Shown here piece by piece: positions 12,850-24,139 of a DNA stretch of 64,000 nt. Source of the DNA: Squalus acanthias (lineage: Eukaryota); contig CM059432.1 of NCBI GenBank assembly GCA_030390025.1, forward strand, positions 116,376,001 through 116,440,000, given 5' to 3'. The first letter of the stretch is position 1. Each line of letters begins with the position of its first letter. The notes beneath the pieces were generated by a model, which saw only the letters and a list, made by a program, of their open reading frames with translations, was not told where the DNA came from and made no database searches. Made by a program: the position numbers and the translations under genes.

Positions 12850-12924
12850 TTTGTTACTGGTCCATGCTAGACCACCATCTCTCTGCCTTGAGCAAGCCTA
12901 TGAAGCAAATCTATTAGAACAGTG

Positions 12925-13642
12925 AGATTTAGGTGTCCTAGTACAAGAGACACAGAGAGTTAGCTTGCAGGTAGAGCAAGCAATTAGGAAGGCAAATGTC
13001 ATGTTGGCCTTTATTGCAAGGGGGTTGGAGTACAAGAGTAAGGAAGTCTTACTACAATTGTACAGAGCTCTGGTGAAACCATACCTGGAGTACTATGTAC
13101 AATTCTGGTCTCCTTATTTAAGGAAGGATATACTTGCCTTAGAGGTGGTGCAACGAAGGTTCACTAGATTGATTCCTGGGATGAGAGAATTGTCCTATAA
13201 GGAGAGATTGAGTAGATTGGGCCTATACTCGCTGGCGTTTAGAAGAATGAGAGGTGATCTCATTGAAACATGTAAGATTCTGAGGGGGATTGATAGGGTA
13301 GATGCTGAGAGATTGTTTCCCCTGGCTGGAGAGTCTAGAACTCGGGGGCATAGTCTCAGGATAAGGGGTCGGCCATTTAAGACTGAGATGAGGAGGAATT
13401 TCTTCACTCAGTGGGTTGTGAATCTTTCGAATTCTCTACCCCAAAGGGCTGTGGATGCTGAATCATTGAGTATATTCAAGGCTGAGGTAGATAGATTTTT
13501 GGACTCTCGGGAATCAAGGGATATGGGGATCGGGCGGGAAAGTGGAGTTGAGGTCGAAGATCAGCCATGATCTTATTGAATGGTGGAGCAGGCTCGAGGG
13601 ACCATATAGCCTACTCCTGCTCCTAATTCTTACGTTCTTATG
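12925..13642 (+). mobile_element. CR1 LINE 3' fragment (RT C-terminus + tail)
   Basis: ORF 12965..13570 (LYRALVKPYLEYYVQFWSP, RRMRGDLIET, RTRGHSLR); ends ttcttacgttcttatg. Confidence 0.93.
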
Positions 13643-14610
13643 TAACATCAAGTACTATAGCAATTTTGTAATATTATTAAAGAAGCAACAGGACAATCAA
13701 CATTATGCTAATATTAAAATGGTTAAGAATAAAGTTTAATAAGTCCATTGATGCCTGTCAATAAACTTTAATGTATCAATGCACTTCTTCTGCAAGAACT
13801 GTGCAATCAAACTGTACAAAAGCTTCATAAAATATATATGAATGTTAAAAAAAATCAATAAAAGATGGAAAAAATACATTAAGAAAACAAAGGAAAAGAA
13901 AACGTGGGTTGAAAGCACCAGTTTTCAATAAATTAAAATTAATAAGCCTTTCAAAAAATAAAACTGAAGTTTTTCAATCTTTTCTTATCAGTTACAATTA
14001 TGCTGCAGTCAGTGGGAAGCTGAAACCGTTTGAGGCTGCCTGCTGGAGGTGCATTTGTTAATCAAAATTGCACTGAGCTCATTGCCATCAAGTCGCCACT
14101 GAACCTAAAGAATTGCTGGTCTGTTGTACAGCTGCTTTGCTGTCTGAACGTTACAAAAAAAAAATCTGATACTCCACCAGCACCCTATGTCAGCTCTCAA
14201 AATTTGCTTCTGTGCTTAATGCTTTATGAAAATGCAATGTTAGAGCATAGATAAGCAGGAGTTGTCTAGAACCACGTACAAGCCATGTAGCATCAGTTGC
14301 GAGTGGAGTGCTTATTTTTATACAATACCAGTCAATCTCCTGTGAAGGTTGCACATCGGAGAGTCAAGACCAAGTGTCGTATTCAGGTCAAGCAGGGTTT
14401 GACGTCATAGCGGGGAAAGAGTATAAATCGAATCAAATGGAGGAAGGGGGAAATAAATGTGGGGGAGGCAGATGGAAGTGGGAAAGATATGGGGAGGAGG
14501 GAAGAAATGGAGGTGGAAGGGAGATGGGAAGGGGGGTTGGAGGAAAGGTAACAATGGGGAAAGGAGGGGAGAGGGAGGGGGAGAGAGGGGAGAAGGAACG
14601 AGGAGGTAAT

Positions 14611-14727
14611 GGGGAGACTTTCAACTGTCAGCTGCCGGTTCTCGCCTGAAAACCGGGCAACCGGCAGTTGAAAATCCGGGCAGGGACTTTGTGCTCCCAT
14701 TTGCCTGCCTGAATTAACTGCACACCC
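14611..14727. mobile_element. Truncated Harbinger-type MITE end abutting the broken 3' end of CR1-A
   Basis: ggggagactttcaactg ... cagttgaaaatcc inverted motifs; no second terminus found. Confidence 0.4.
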
Positions 14728-16781
14728 CCGCCATCGGGAACATCCTTCCTGCATCTAGTCTGTCTAGTCCTGTTAGAATTTCATAAGTTTCAATGAGATC
14801 CCCTCTCATTCTTCTAAACTCTAGCGAATACAAGCCCAATCGACCCAATCTCTCTTCATACGTCATTCCTGCCATCCCAGGTATCAGTCTGGTGAATCTT
14901 CGCTGCACTCCCTCCATGGCTAGAACATCCTTTCTCAGATAAGGCGACCAAAACTGCACACAATACTCAAGGTGTGGTCTCACCAAGGCCCTGTACAACT
15001 GCAGCAAGACATCCTTGCTCCTGTACTCGAATCCTCTCGCTATGAAGGCCAACATACCATTTGCCTTCTTAACCGCCTGCTGCACCTGCATGCTTACCTT
15101 CAATGACTGGTGCACAAGGACTCCCAGGTCTCGTTGCACTTCCCCTTTTCCCAATCTATTGCCATTCAGATAATAATCTGCCTTCCTGTTTTTGCCACCA
15201 AAGTGGATAACCTCGCATTTATCCACATTATACTGCATCTGCCATGCATCTGCCCAATCACCCAACTTGTCCAAATCATACTGGAGTTTCTCTGCATCCT
15301 CCTCACAACACACACGCCCACCCAGCTTTGTGCCTTCTGCAAACTTGGAGATATTACATCTAGTTCCCTTGTCTAGATCATTAATATATATTGTGAATAA
15401 CTGGGGTCCTAGCACCGATCCCTGCCTCTTGGAAAAAGACCCATTCATTCCAACTCTTTGCTTCCTGTCTGCCAACCAGTTCTCTATCCAAGTCAGTACC
15501 TTACCCCCAATCCCATGTGCTTTAACTTTGCACGCTAATCTCTTATGCGGGACCTTATCGAAAGCCTTTTGAAAGTCCAAATACACCACATCCACTGTTT
15601 CTCCCTTATCTATTCTACCAGTTACATCCTCAAAAAATTCCAGTAGATTAGTCAAGCATGATTTACCTTTTGTAAATCCATGTTGACTTTGTCCGATCCT
15701 GTCACTGTTTTCCAAGTGCTCTGCTATTACATCTTTTATAATGGACTCTAGCATTTTCCCCATTACCGATGTTAGGCTTACCGGTCTATAATTCCCTGTT
15801 TTCTCTCTCCCACCTTTTTTAAATAGTGGGGTTGCATTTGCTACCCTCCAATCCATGGGAACTGTTCCAGAGTCTATAGAATTTTGGAAGATGACCAGCA
15901 ATGCATCTACTATTTCTAGGGCCACTTCCTTAAGTACCCTAGGATGTAGATTATCAGGCCCTGGGGATTTATCGGCCTTCAATCACGTCAATTTCCCTAA
16001 CACCATTTCCCTACAAATACTGATTTCATTCAGTTCTTCCCTCTCATTAGACCCTGTGTTCCCCGACATCTCTGGGAGGGTATTTGTGTCCTCCTTTGTG
16101 AAGACAGAACCAAAGTATGTATTTAATTAGTCAGCCATTTCTTTGTTCCCCATTATAAATTCCCCTGATTCTGACTGCAAGGGACCTACGCTTGACTTCA
16201 CCAATCTTTTTCTCTTTACATATCTATAGAAGCTTTTACAGTCAGTTTTTATGTTCCCTGAAAACTTACTCTCATACTCTATTTTCCCCCTCTTAATTAA
16301 TCCCTTTGTCGTCCTTTGCTGAATCTTAAACTGCTCCCAATCCTCAGGTTTGCTGCTTTTTCTGACCAATTCATATGTCCTCTCCTTGGATCTTATGCTA
16401 TCCCTAATTTCCCTTGTTAGCCATGGTTGAGTCACCTTTTTTGTTTTATTTTTATGCCAAACAGGGATGAACAAATTCTGTAGTTCATCCATGCGATCTT
16501 TAAATGTTTGCCATTGCCTATCCACCGTCAACCCTTTAAGTAACATTCCCCAATCCATCCTAGCCAATTCGAATCTCATACATAAGAACATAAGAACATA
16601 AGAAATAGGAGCAGGAGTAGACCAATCGGCCCCTCGAGCCTGCTCCGCCATTCAATGAGATCATGGCTGATCTGATCCAACCTCAACTCTAAAGAACACA
16701 AGAAGCAGGAGCAGGACCAGGCCACTCGGCCCCTGGGCCCGCTCCGCCACCCACAGGGCCTTGACCGATCCGAACTCAAAC

Positions 16782-19712
16782 TCATGTCCAATTTCCAGCC
16801 CGCTCCCCGTAACCCCTGATTCCCTTTACTTCTAGGAAACGGTCTATTTCTGTTTTAAATTTATTTAATGAAGTAGCTTCCACAGCTTCCTGGGGTAGCA
16901 AATTCCACAGACCCACTACCCTCTGAGTGAAAAAGTTTCTCCTCATCTCAGTTTTGAAAGAGCAGCCCCTTATTCTAAGATTATGTCCCCTAGTTCTAGT
17001 TTCACCCATCATTGGGAACATCCTCACCGCGTCCACCCAATCAAGCCCCTTCACAATCTTATATGTTTCAATAAGATCGCCTCTCATTCTTCTGAACTCC
17101 AATGAGTAGAGTCCCAATCTACTCAACCTCTCCTCGTATGTCCACCCCCTCATCCCCGGAATTAACCGAGTGAACCTTCTTTGTACTGCCTCGAGAGCAA
17201 GTATGTCTTTTCTTAAGTATGGACACCAAAACTGTATGCAGTACTCCAGGTGCGGTCTCACCAATACCCTATACAACTGCAGCAATACCTCCCTGTTTTT
17301 ATATTCTATCCCCCTAGCAATAAAAGCCAACATTCCATTGGCTTTCTTGATCACCTGCTGCACCTGCATACTAACTTTTTGATTTTCTTGCACCAAGACC
17401 CCCAGATCCCTTTGAACTGCAGTACTTTCCAGTTTCTCGCCATTAAGATAATAACTTGCTCTCTGATTTTTCCTGCCAAAGTGCATAACCTCACATTTTC
17501 CAATATTGTATTGCATCTGCCAAATCTCTGCCCACTCACCCAGCCTGTCTATATCCCCTTGTAGGTTTTTTATGTCCTCCTCACTCTCTACTTTCCCTCC
17601 CATCTTTGTATCATCTGCAAACTTTGATATGTTACACTCGGTCCCCTCCTCCAAATCGTTAATATAGATTGTAAAGAGTTGGGGACCCAGCACCGACCCC
17701 TGCGGAACACCACTGGCTACTGGTTGCCAGTCCGAGAATGAACCATTTATCCCAACTCTCTGCTTCCTGTTAGATAACCAATCCTCCACCCATGCCAGAA
17801 TATTACCCCCAATCCAGTGATTTTTTATCTTGAGTAATAATCTTTTATGTGGCACCTTGTCGAATGCCTTCTGGAAGTCTAAATCCACTGGTTCCCCTTT
17901 ATCCACCCTGTACGTTATGTCCTCAAAGAACTCGAGCAAATTTGTCAGACATGACTTCCCCTTCATAAAGCCATGCTGACTTTGTCCTATTAAATTATGT
18001 TATCTAAATGTTCCGTTACTGTCTCCTTAATAATAGACTCCAAAATTTTACCCACCACAGATGTTAGGCTAACTGGTCTATAATTTCCAGCCTTCTGCCT
18101 ACAACCCTTTTTAAATAAGGGTGTTACATTAGCAGTTTTCCAATCTGCCGGGACCTTTGCTGAGTTCAGGGAGTTTTGGAAAATTATTACCAAAGCATCC
18201 ACAATTCCTACTGCCACTTCCCTCAAGACCCTAGGATGTAAGCCATCAGGTCCAGGGGATTTATCCGCCTTGAGTCCCATTATTTTACTGAGTACCAATT
18301 CCTTAGTAATTTTAATCGTATTTAGCTCCTCCCCCACTAGAGCCCCCTGTTTGTCCAGTGTTGGGATATTCTTAATGTCCTCTACCGTAAAGACTGAAAC
18401 AAAATATTTGTTCAGCATTTTTGCCATCTCCATGTTTCCCACCATTAATTTCCCGGTCTCATCCTCTAAGGGACCTACGTTTGCCTTAAACACCCTTTTT
18501 CTTTTTATATAACTATAGAAACTCTTGCTATCTGTTTTTATATTTTTTGCTAATTTATTTTCATAGTCTATTTTCCCTTTCTTAATCAATCCTTTAGTTA
18601 CTTTTTGTTGTCTTTTGAAGACTTCCCAATCTTCTATCCTCCCACTAACTTTGGCTACCTTATATGTCCTTGTTTTTAGTTGGATACTTTCTTTAATTTC
18701 TTTACTTAGCCATGGATGGCTGTCATTTCTTTTACACCCTTTTTTCCTCAGTGGAATATATTTATTTTGAAAGTTGTAAAATAACTCCTTGAATGAACAC
18801 CACTGCTCATGTACCGTCTTACCCTTTAATCTATTTTCCCAGTCCACTTTAATCAATTCTGCTCTCATGCCATCATAGTCTCCTTTATTCAAGCTCAGTA
18901 TGCTTGTTTGAGAACCAACCTTCTCACCCTCTAATTGGATATGGAATTCAACCATGTTATGGTCACTCATTCCAAGGGGATCCTTAACTAGGACATTATT
19001 AATTAATCCTGACTCATTACACAGGACCAGGTCCAAGGTTGCTTGCCCCCTTGTAGGATCAGTTACATACTGCTCAAGAAATCCATCCCTAAGACACTCA
19101 ATAAACTCTTCCTCAAGGCTGCCCTGCCCAATTTGATTTGTCCAGTTAATGTGATAGTTAAAATCCCCCATAATTATAGCTGTTCCCTTATTACATGCCC
19201 CAACTATTTCCTGATTAATACTTCTTCCAACAGAGTTGCAACTATTAGGAGGCCTATATACTACGCCCACCAGTGTTTTTTTCCCCTTATTATTCCTAAT
19301 CTCTACCCAAACTGTTTCATTATCCTGATCTTTTGACCCAATATAATTTCTCTGTATTACAGTGATTCCTTTCTTTATTAACATAGCCACCCCCTCCTCC
19401 CCTTCCTTCCTGCCTGTCCTTCCTGATTGTTAAATACCCTGGCATATTTAATTCCCAGACGTTGTCACCCTGCAGCCATGTTTCTGTAATGGCCACAAGA
19501 TCATACCCATACATAGTTATTTGTGCCGTTAACTCGTCAATTTTGTTACGAATGCTACGTGCATTCAGATAAAGAACTTTCAAATGTGTTTTGCGACACT
19601 TACTTCCTGCTTTTTCCTTATTTAACACTTTACCTTTTACTCCATACCTTCTGTCCCTTCCTGACATGCTTTCCTCTGTCTCCCTGCTCAGGTTCCCAAC
19701 CCCCTGCCACAT
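16782..19712 (-). pseudogene. CR1-B ORF2 (APE endonuclease + reverse transcriptase), nearly intact
   Basis: YLNARSIRNK, ITETW, MGDFN, SDH, GVPQGSVLGP, FADD all present; two frame breaks at short homopolymers (about 19390 and 18000, possibly assembly errors) and an apparent 3-codon deletion at VD-LDFQK. Confidence 0.9.
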
Positions 19713-20659
19713 TAGTTTAAATCCTCCCCAACAGCACTAGCAAACACTCCCCCTAGGACAGCGGTCCTGGCCCTGCCCAGGTGCAGACCGTCCGGTTTGT
19801 ACTGGTCCCACCTCCCCCAGAACTGGTTCCAATGTCCCAGGAATTTGAATCCCTCCCCCTTGCACCATTCCTCTAGCCACGTATTCATTTGAAATATCCT
19901 CCTATTTCTACTCTGACTAGCACGTGGCACTGGTAGCAATCCTGAGATTACTACCTTTGAGGTCCTATTTTTTAATTTACCTCCTAACTCCCTATATTCT
20001 GCTTTTAGGACCTCATCCCCTTTTTTACCTATATCGTTGGTGCCTATGTGCACCACGACAGCTGGCTGTTCGCCCTCCCCCTCCAAAATGTTCTGTAGCC
20101 GCTCCGAGATGTCCTTCACCCTTGCACCAGGGAGGCAACACACCATCCTGGAGTCTCGGTTGCGGCCGCAGAAACGCCTATCTATTCCCCTTACAATTGA
20201 GTCCCCTATCGCTATAGCTCTTCCACTCTTTTTCCTCCCAGCCTGTGCAGCAGAGCCGCCCATGGTGCCAGGAAGTTGGCTGCTGCTGCCTTCTCCTAAG
20301 TCATCCCCCACAACAGTATCCAAAGCGGTATATCTGTTTGAGAGGGGGATGGCCACAGGGGACCCCTGTACTACCTGCCTGCACCTCCTACTCTGCCTGG
20401 TGGTCACCCATTCCCTTCCTGCCTGTACACCCTTCACCTGCGGTGTGACCAACTCACTAAACGTGCTATCCACGAGGTTCTCAGCATCGCGAATGCTCCA
20501 ATATGCATCCAGCCGCAGCTCCAGTGCCGCAATGCGGGCTGTCAGTAGCTGCAGCTGGATACACTTCCCGCACACATGGTCGTCAGGGACACCGGAAGGG
20601 TCCCTGATTTCCCACATAGAGCAGGAGGAGCACAAAACGGGGCTGGGCTGTCCTGCCAT
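19712..20659 (-). CDS. CR1-B ORF1 protein: CxxC..CxxC zinc finger, leucine zipper, SGNH/GDSL esterase domain (315 aa, intact)
   Basis: CSSC..CGKC, LLTARIAALELRL, GDSIVRG, PGA, HIGTND, DGLH motifs. Confidence 0.93.
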   Translation of the reverse strand: MAGQPSPVLCSSCSMWEIRDPSGVPDDHVCGKCIQLQLLTARIAALELRLDAYWSIRDAENLVDSTFSELVTPQVKGVQAGREWVTTRQSRRCRQVVQGSPVAIPLSNRYTALDTVVGDDLGEGSSSQLPGTMGGSAAQAGRKKSGRAIAIGDSIVRGIDRRFCGRNRDSRMVCCLPGARVKDISERLQNILEGEGEQPAVVVHIGTNDIGKKGDEVLKAEYRELGGKLKNRTSKVVISGLLPVPRASQSRNRRIFQMNTWLEEWCKGEGFKFLGHWNQFWGRWDQYKPDGLHLGRARTAVLGGVFASAVGEDLN

Positions 20660-20950
20660 GACTTACCCTTTAATTAATTGAACTTTAATTAAATCAAATC
20701 AATACCACCAATTTCACTCAATTAAATGAATTACTCAAGGGCCCTTGGTTACTAGCACTAGAAATTATAATCACAAAATTAAGATCTTCAAAACTTTATA
20801 ATCTATTTATGAACCTTAACTATCAAACTATAAAGTAGTATAAGTACTAACCTGCCGTACTCACCCAATCAGCCGCTCCCTCCTGCCCACGTCACGTTTT
20901 GAATCGTAACGTGGCTCTGGAACGCCGCCGCCGGTCTGAGATTGGTAAAC

Positions 20951-21222
20951 CTCTGCAAACAAAAGCCCGCGAAAGTGAGTTTAGATACTCACCGGGCCTC
21001 GGCTCTCTACGCCCCCGACACCAGCCTCCGTAAACAAAAGCCCGCGAAAGTGAGTTTCGATACTCACCGGGCCTCGGCTCTCTCCGCTCCCGACAGCAGC
21101 CTCTGCAAACAAAAGCCCGCGAAAGTGAGTTTAGATACTCACCGGGCCTCGGCTGTCTCCGCTCCCGACCAGCCTCTGCAAACAAAAGCCCGCGAAAGTG
21201 AGTTTAGATACTCACCGGGCCT
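20951..21222. repeat. About 75-bp tandem repeat (about 3.7 copies) in the CR1-B 5'UTR
   Basis: aaacaaaagcccgcgaaagtgagtttagatactcaccgggcctc recurs four times. Confidence 0.93.
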
Positions 21223-22684
21223 CCTGATATACACTCACCCCCTTTAGGTTAGAGGAGGTGGAAGGGTGGGGGACACTACAAGTGTAGTGTCTCGGGTTTA
21301 GAAACCGCCAACTTATATACAGGTAAAAAAAAAAACTTACCCAGCAACCACTGCGACCCGCACTATTAAAGCAATCACCCTGTATAGCTTTTTAGCCTCG
21401 CTGCTCCACTCACTTCTCGCCCAGGTCCGCCGCTGTAAAAGAGGGGCCTACCTGGATACCGCAGGCTTTTATAGCCTCGCTGCTCCACTCATACCATCGT
21501 AGTTTCCTCTAGTCTCTGAGTCAAATACTTCACTCTCCATCTTAATGAAGAATTCGATCATATTATGATCGCTCCTCCCCAAGGGGCCTCGCACAACAAG
21601 ATTGCTAATTAATCCTTTCTCATTACATAATACCCAGTCTAAGATGGCCTGACCTCTAGTTGGTTCCTCAACATATTGGTCCAGGAAACCATCCCGTATA
21701 CACTCTAGGAATTCCTCCTCCACAGTATTGTTACTAATTTGGTTAGCCCAATCTATATGTAGATTAAAGTCACCCATGATAACTGCTGTGCCCTTATTGC
21801 ACGCATCTCTAATTTCCCGTTTAATGCCATCCCCAACTTCAGCATTATTGTTTGGGGGTCTGTATACAACTCCCACTAACGGTTTCTGCCCCTTTGTATT
21901 TCTCAGCTCTACCCATACAGATTCCGAATCATCAGAGCTAATATCCTTCCTTACTATTGTGTTAATCTCCTCTTTAACCAGCAATGCTACCCCACCTCCT
22001 TTTCCTTTTTGCCTGTCCTTCCTGAATATTGAATACCCCTGGATGTTGAATTCCCAGCCTTGTTCACCTTGGAGCCATGTCTCCCTAATCCCAATTATAT
22101 CATATCCGTTTACACCTATTTGTGCAGCTAATTCATCCACCTTATTACGAATGCTCCTTGCATTAAGACACAAAGGGGTAAAAATTCAGTTGGTTGCGCC
22201 TCCCTACAGCCTTAAATGGGCGCTAATGGGGCGTTAAGGCGCTAACGCCCGGGCGCAGCGCTGTTTGCGCCGCTCGAGAACTTAACTTGAGATTGTGCGG
22301 CGGCGCTAAAACTTACCGCTGCGACCACCTGCGCGCGCAGATTGTGACGTCATTCCGTGGTGCAACGCCCTTGGGGCGCCCCGGAGCGGAAATTGAGTGG
22401 CGCCCCCTGCCTTACCGCCTGGCGCTTCCAACGACCGGAAGACTGGAACGTTATCAATCGGTGTGGGGCTGGGGGGGGCGCTATTTAAAGGGGGCCTCTT
22501 CCTGTCTTTTTCTGTGGTCGACATTTATGCACCACTCGTTCTGAGAGAGAGAGAGAGATTCGGAGAGAGAGAGAGAGAGACTTCTACATTGACTCAACGC
22601 TTTGTGAGGTAGTTTTGCCTAGTTCATCCTAACTTTGCTGCTACTTTCGTTGCTGTACCTCATTACTTTTCTGGCAAAGAGAAG

Positions 22685-23845
22685 ATGGGGGCTGCAATGA
22701 TTGGGGGCGTCGTCCTGCTCCAGCTCAATCGGAGGAGAGTGAGACGCAGACAGAGAGTGGCAATGATGGCCAGACGGAGGAGGCCCATCAGGCGCATGTA
22801 CAGGAGAGCTTACCCTCCCAGGGTATATCGTGAACAGCTCTCCTACATCCACATGTCCGAGGAGCTGTGTTTGCGAAGGCTGCGATTCAGCAAGGAGGTG
22901 GTCACTGAGCTCTGCCACCTGCTGCAGCCAGATCTGCAGCCTCAGCTGAGGTCCAGGACGTCTCTGTCGGTGGCAGTGAAGGTCACAGTGGCTTTGAACT
23001 TCTACGCCACTGGCTCATTCCAAGCTGCTGTTGGGGACCTCGCCAATATCTCCCAGTTTGCGGTGCATCGCTGCATCCGGCAGGTCACCAATGCCCTCTT
23101 CACAAGGAGACGAGACTTCATCTCCTTCCCTATGACCCCAGACAAGCAGCATGACCGTGCTATGGGCTTTGCGAGGGTAGCGGGCTTCCCCATGGTGCAG
23201 GGCGCCATTGACTGCACGCATGTGGCTTTGCGTGCTCCGCGAGAGAATGCAGAGGAGTTCCGGAACAGAAAGGGGTTCCATTCCTTGAATGTGCAGTTGG
23301 TCTGTGACCACAGACAGGTGATTCTCGCTGTCAATGCCCACTATCCGGGCAGCTGCCACGATGCTTTCATCCTGCGCCAGAGTACTGTGGCAGAAATTTT
23401 CGAGGCACCGCATCAGCCAGTTGGTTGGCTTCTGGGGGACAAGGGGTACGCATTGAGCACCTGGCTGATGACACCGCTCCGTGCGCCAAACACCCCTGCT
23501 GAGCTGCGGTACCAGGAAAGCCAACAAGCAACGAGGAACATTATTGAGCGCACAATCGGCGTGCTCAAACAACGATTCCGCTGTCTGGACCATTCCGGAG
23601 GAGCCCTGCAGTACTCGCCTGAGCAAGTTTCCAAATTCGTAGTGGTGTGCTGCATGTTGCACAACATGGCAATCCTCAGGACGCAGCCAATGCCACCAGG
23701 CCTTGCAGCACCACAAGAGGAGGAGGAGGAAGAGGAGGAACAGGCCGAGGACGATGATCAGCAGCAGCACCAAGGCAGGAGGGCGGCCCACAATGGTCAA
23801 ACTGCAAGGGCCGTCCGTCAACGACTAATAGCAAGCCGCTTCTAG
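22685..23845 (+). CDS. Harbinger DDE transposase (HARBI1-like nuclease family), intact 386 aa
   Basis: [64 protein letters not shown]; acidic C-terminal tail; tatttaaag upstream at about 22482. Confidence 0.96.
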   Translation: MGAAMIGGVVLLQLNRRRVRRRQRVAMMARRRRPIRRMYRRAYPPRVYREQLSYIHMSEELCLRRLRFSKEVVTELCHLLQPDLQPQLRSRTSLSVAVKVTVALNFYATGSFQAAVGDLANISQFAVHRCIRQVTNALFTRRRDFISFPMTPDKQHDRAMGFARVAGFPMVQGAIDCTHVALRAPRENAEEFRNRKGFHSLNVQLVCDHRQVILAVNAHYPGSCHDAFILRQSTVAEIFEAPHQPVGWLLGDKGYALSTWLMTPLRAPNTPAELRYQESQQATRNIIERTIGVLKQRFRCLDHSGGALQYSPEQVSKFVVVCCMLHNMAILRTQPMPPGLAAPQEEEEEEEEQAEDDDQQQHQGRRAAHNGQTARAVRQRLIASRF

Positions 23846-24139
23846 GGCCCCTGCCAGTGCTACAAACACGAATCAACCCAGCACGCAACCCCTAAGCCGG
23901 CCAAGGCACCAATAATTCCAACCACCAGCCATGTATATTTTGAATACAGAAACTTATTTATTGTACAAACTCTGTGTGTGTCAATTCCTCATGACAAACT
24001 CATAGAAATAAACACAAAAAAACAGTCAATAACATAACTGGTTCTCACAACCTGGAGATAATGTCCAAAACACTCAACAAAAGTTGGGCCATGAACCTCG
24101 GCCTTTAATAAAAAAATGACCAGCATTTTGGCACACCTC

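Larger units (their letters stand above)
16582..21487 (-). mobile_element. Full-length CR1 LINE 'B' inserted in CR1-A ORF2
   Basis: 5'UTR, ORF1, ORF2 and (ttcttatg)n tail present; flanked by direct repeat ctcatac (16575-16581 / 21488-21494). Confidence 0.95.

Noticed and set aside
13980..14130. Candidate conserved non-coding enhancer (also about 28730-29110 and 41340-41560)
   Set aside because: Non-repetitive in appearance, but conservation cannot be assessed without alignments
22685..23845. Domesticated host gene HARBI1 (and NAIF1 for the partner)
   Set aside because: Lies between TIRs with a TSD inside a LINE, with several decayed relatives nearby; it is a transposon gene
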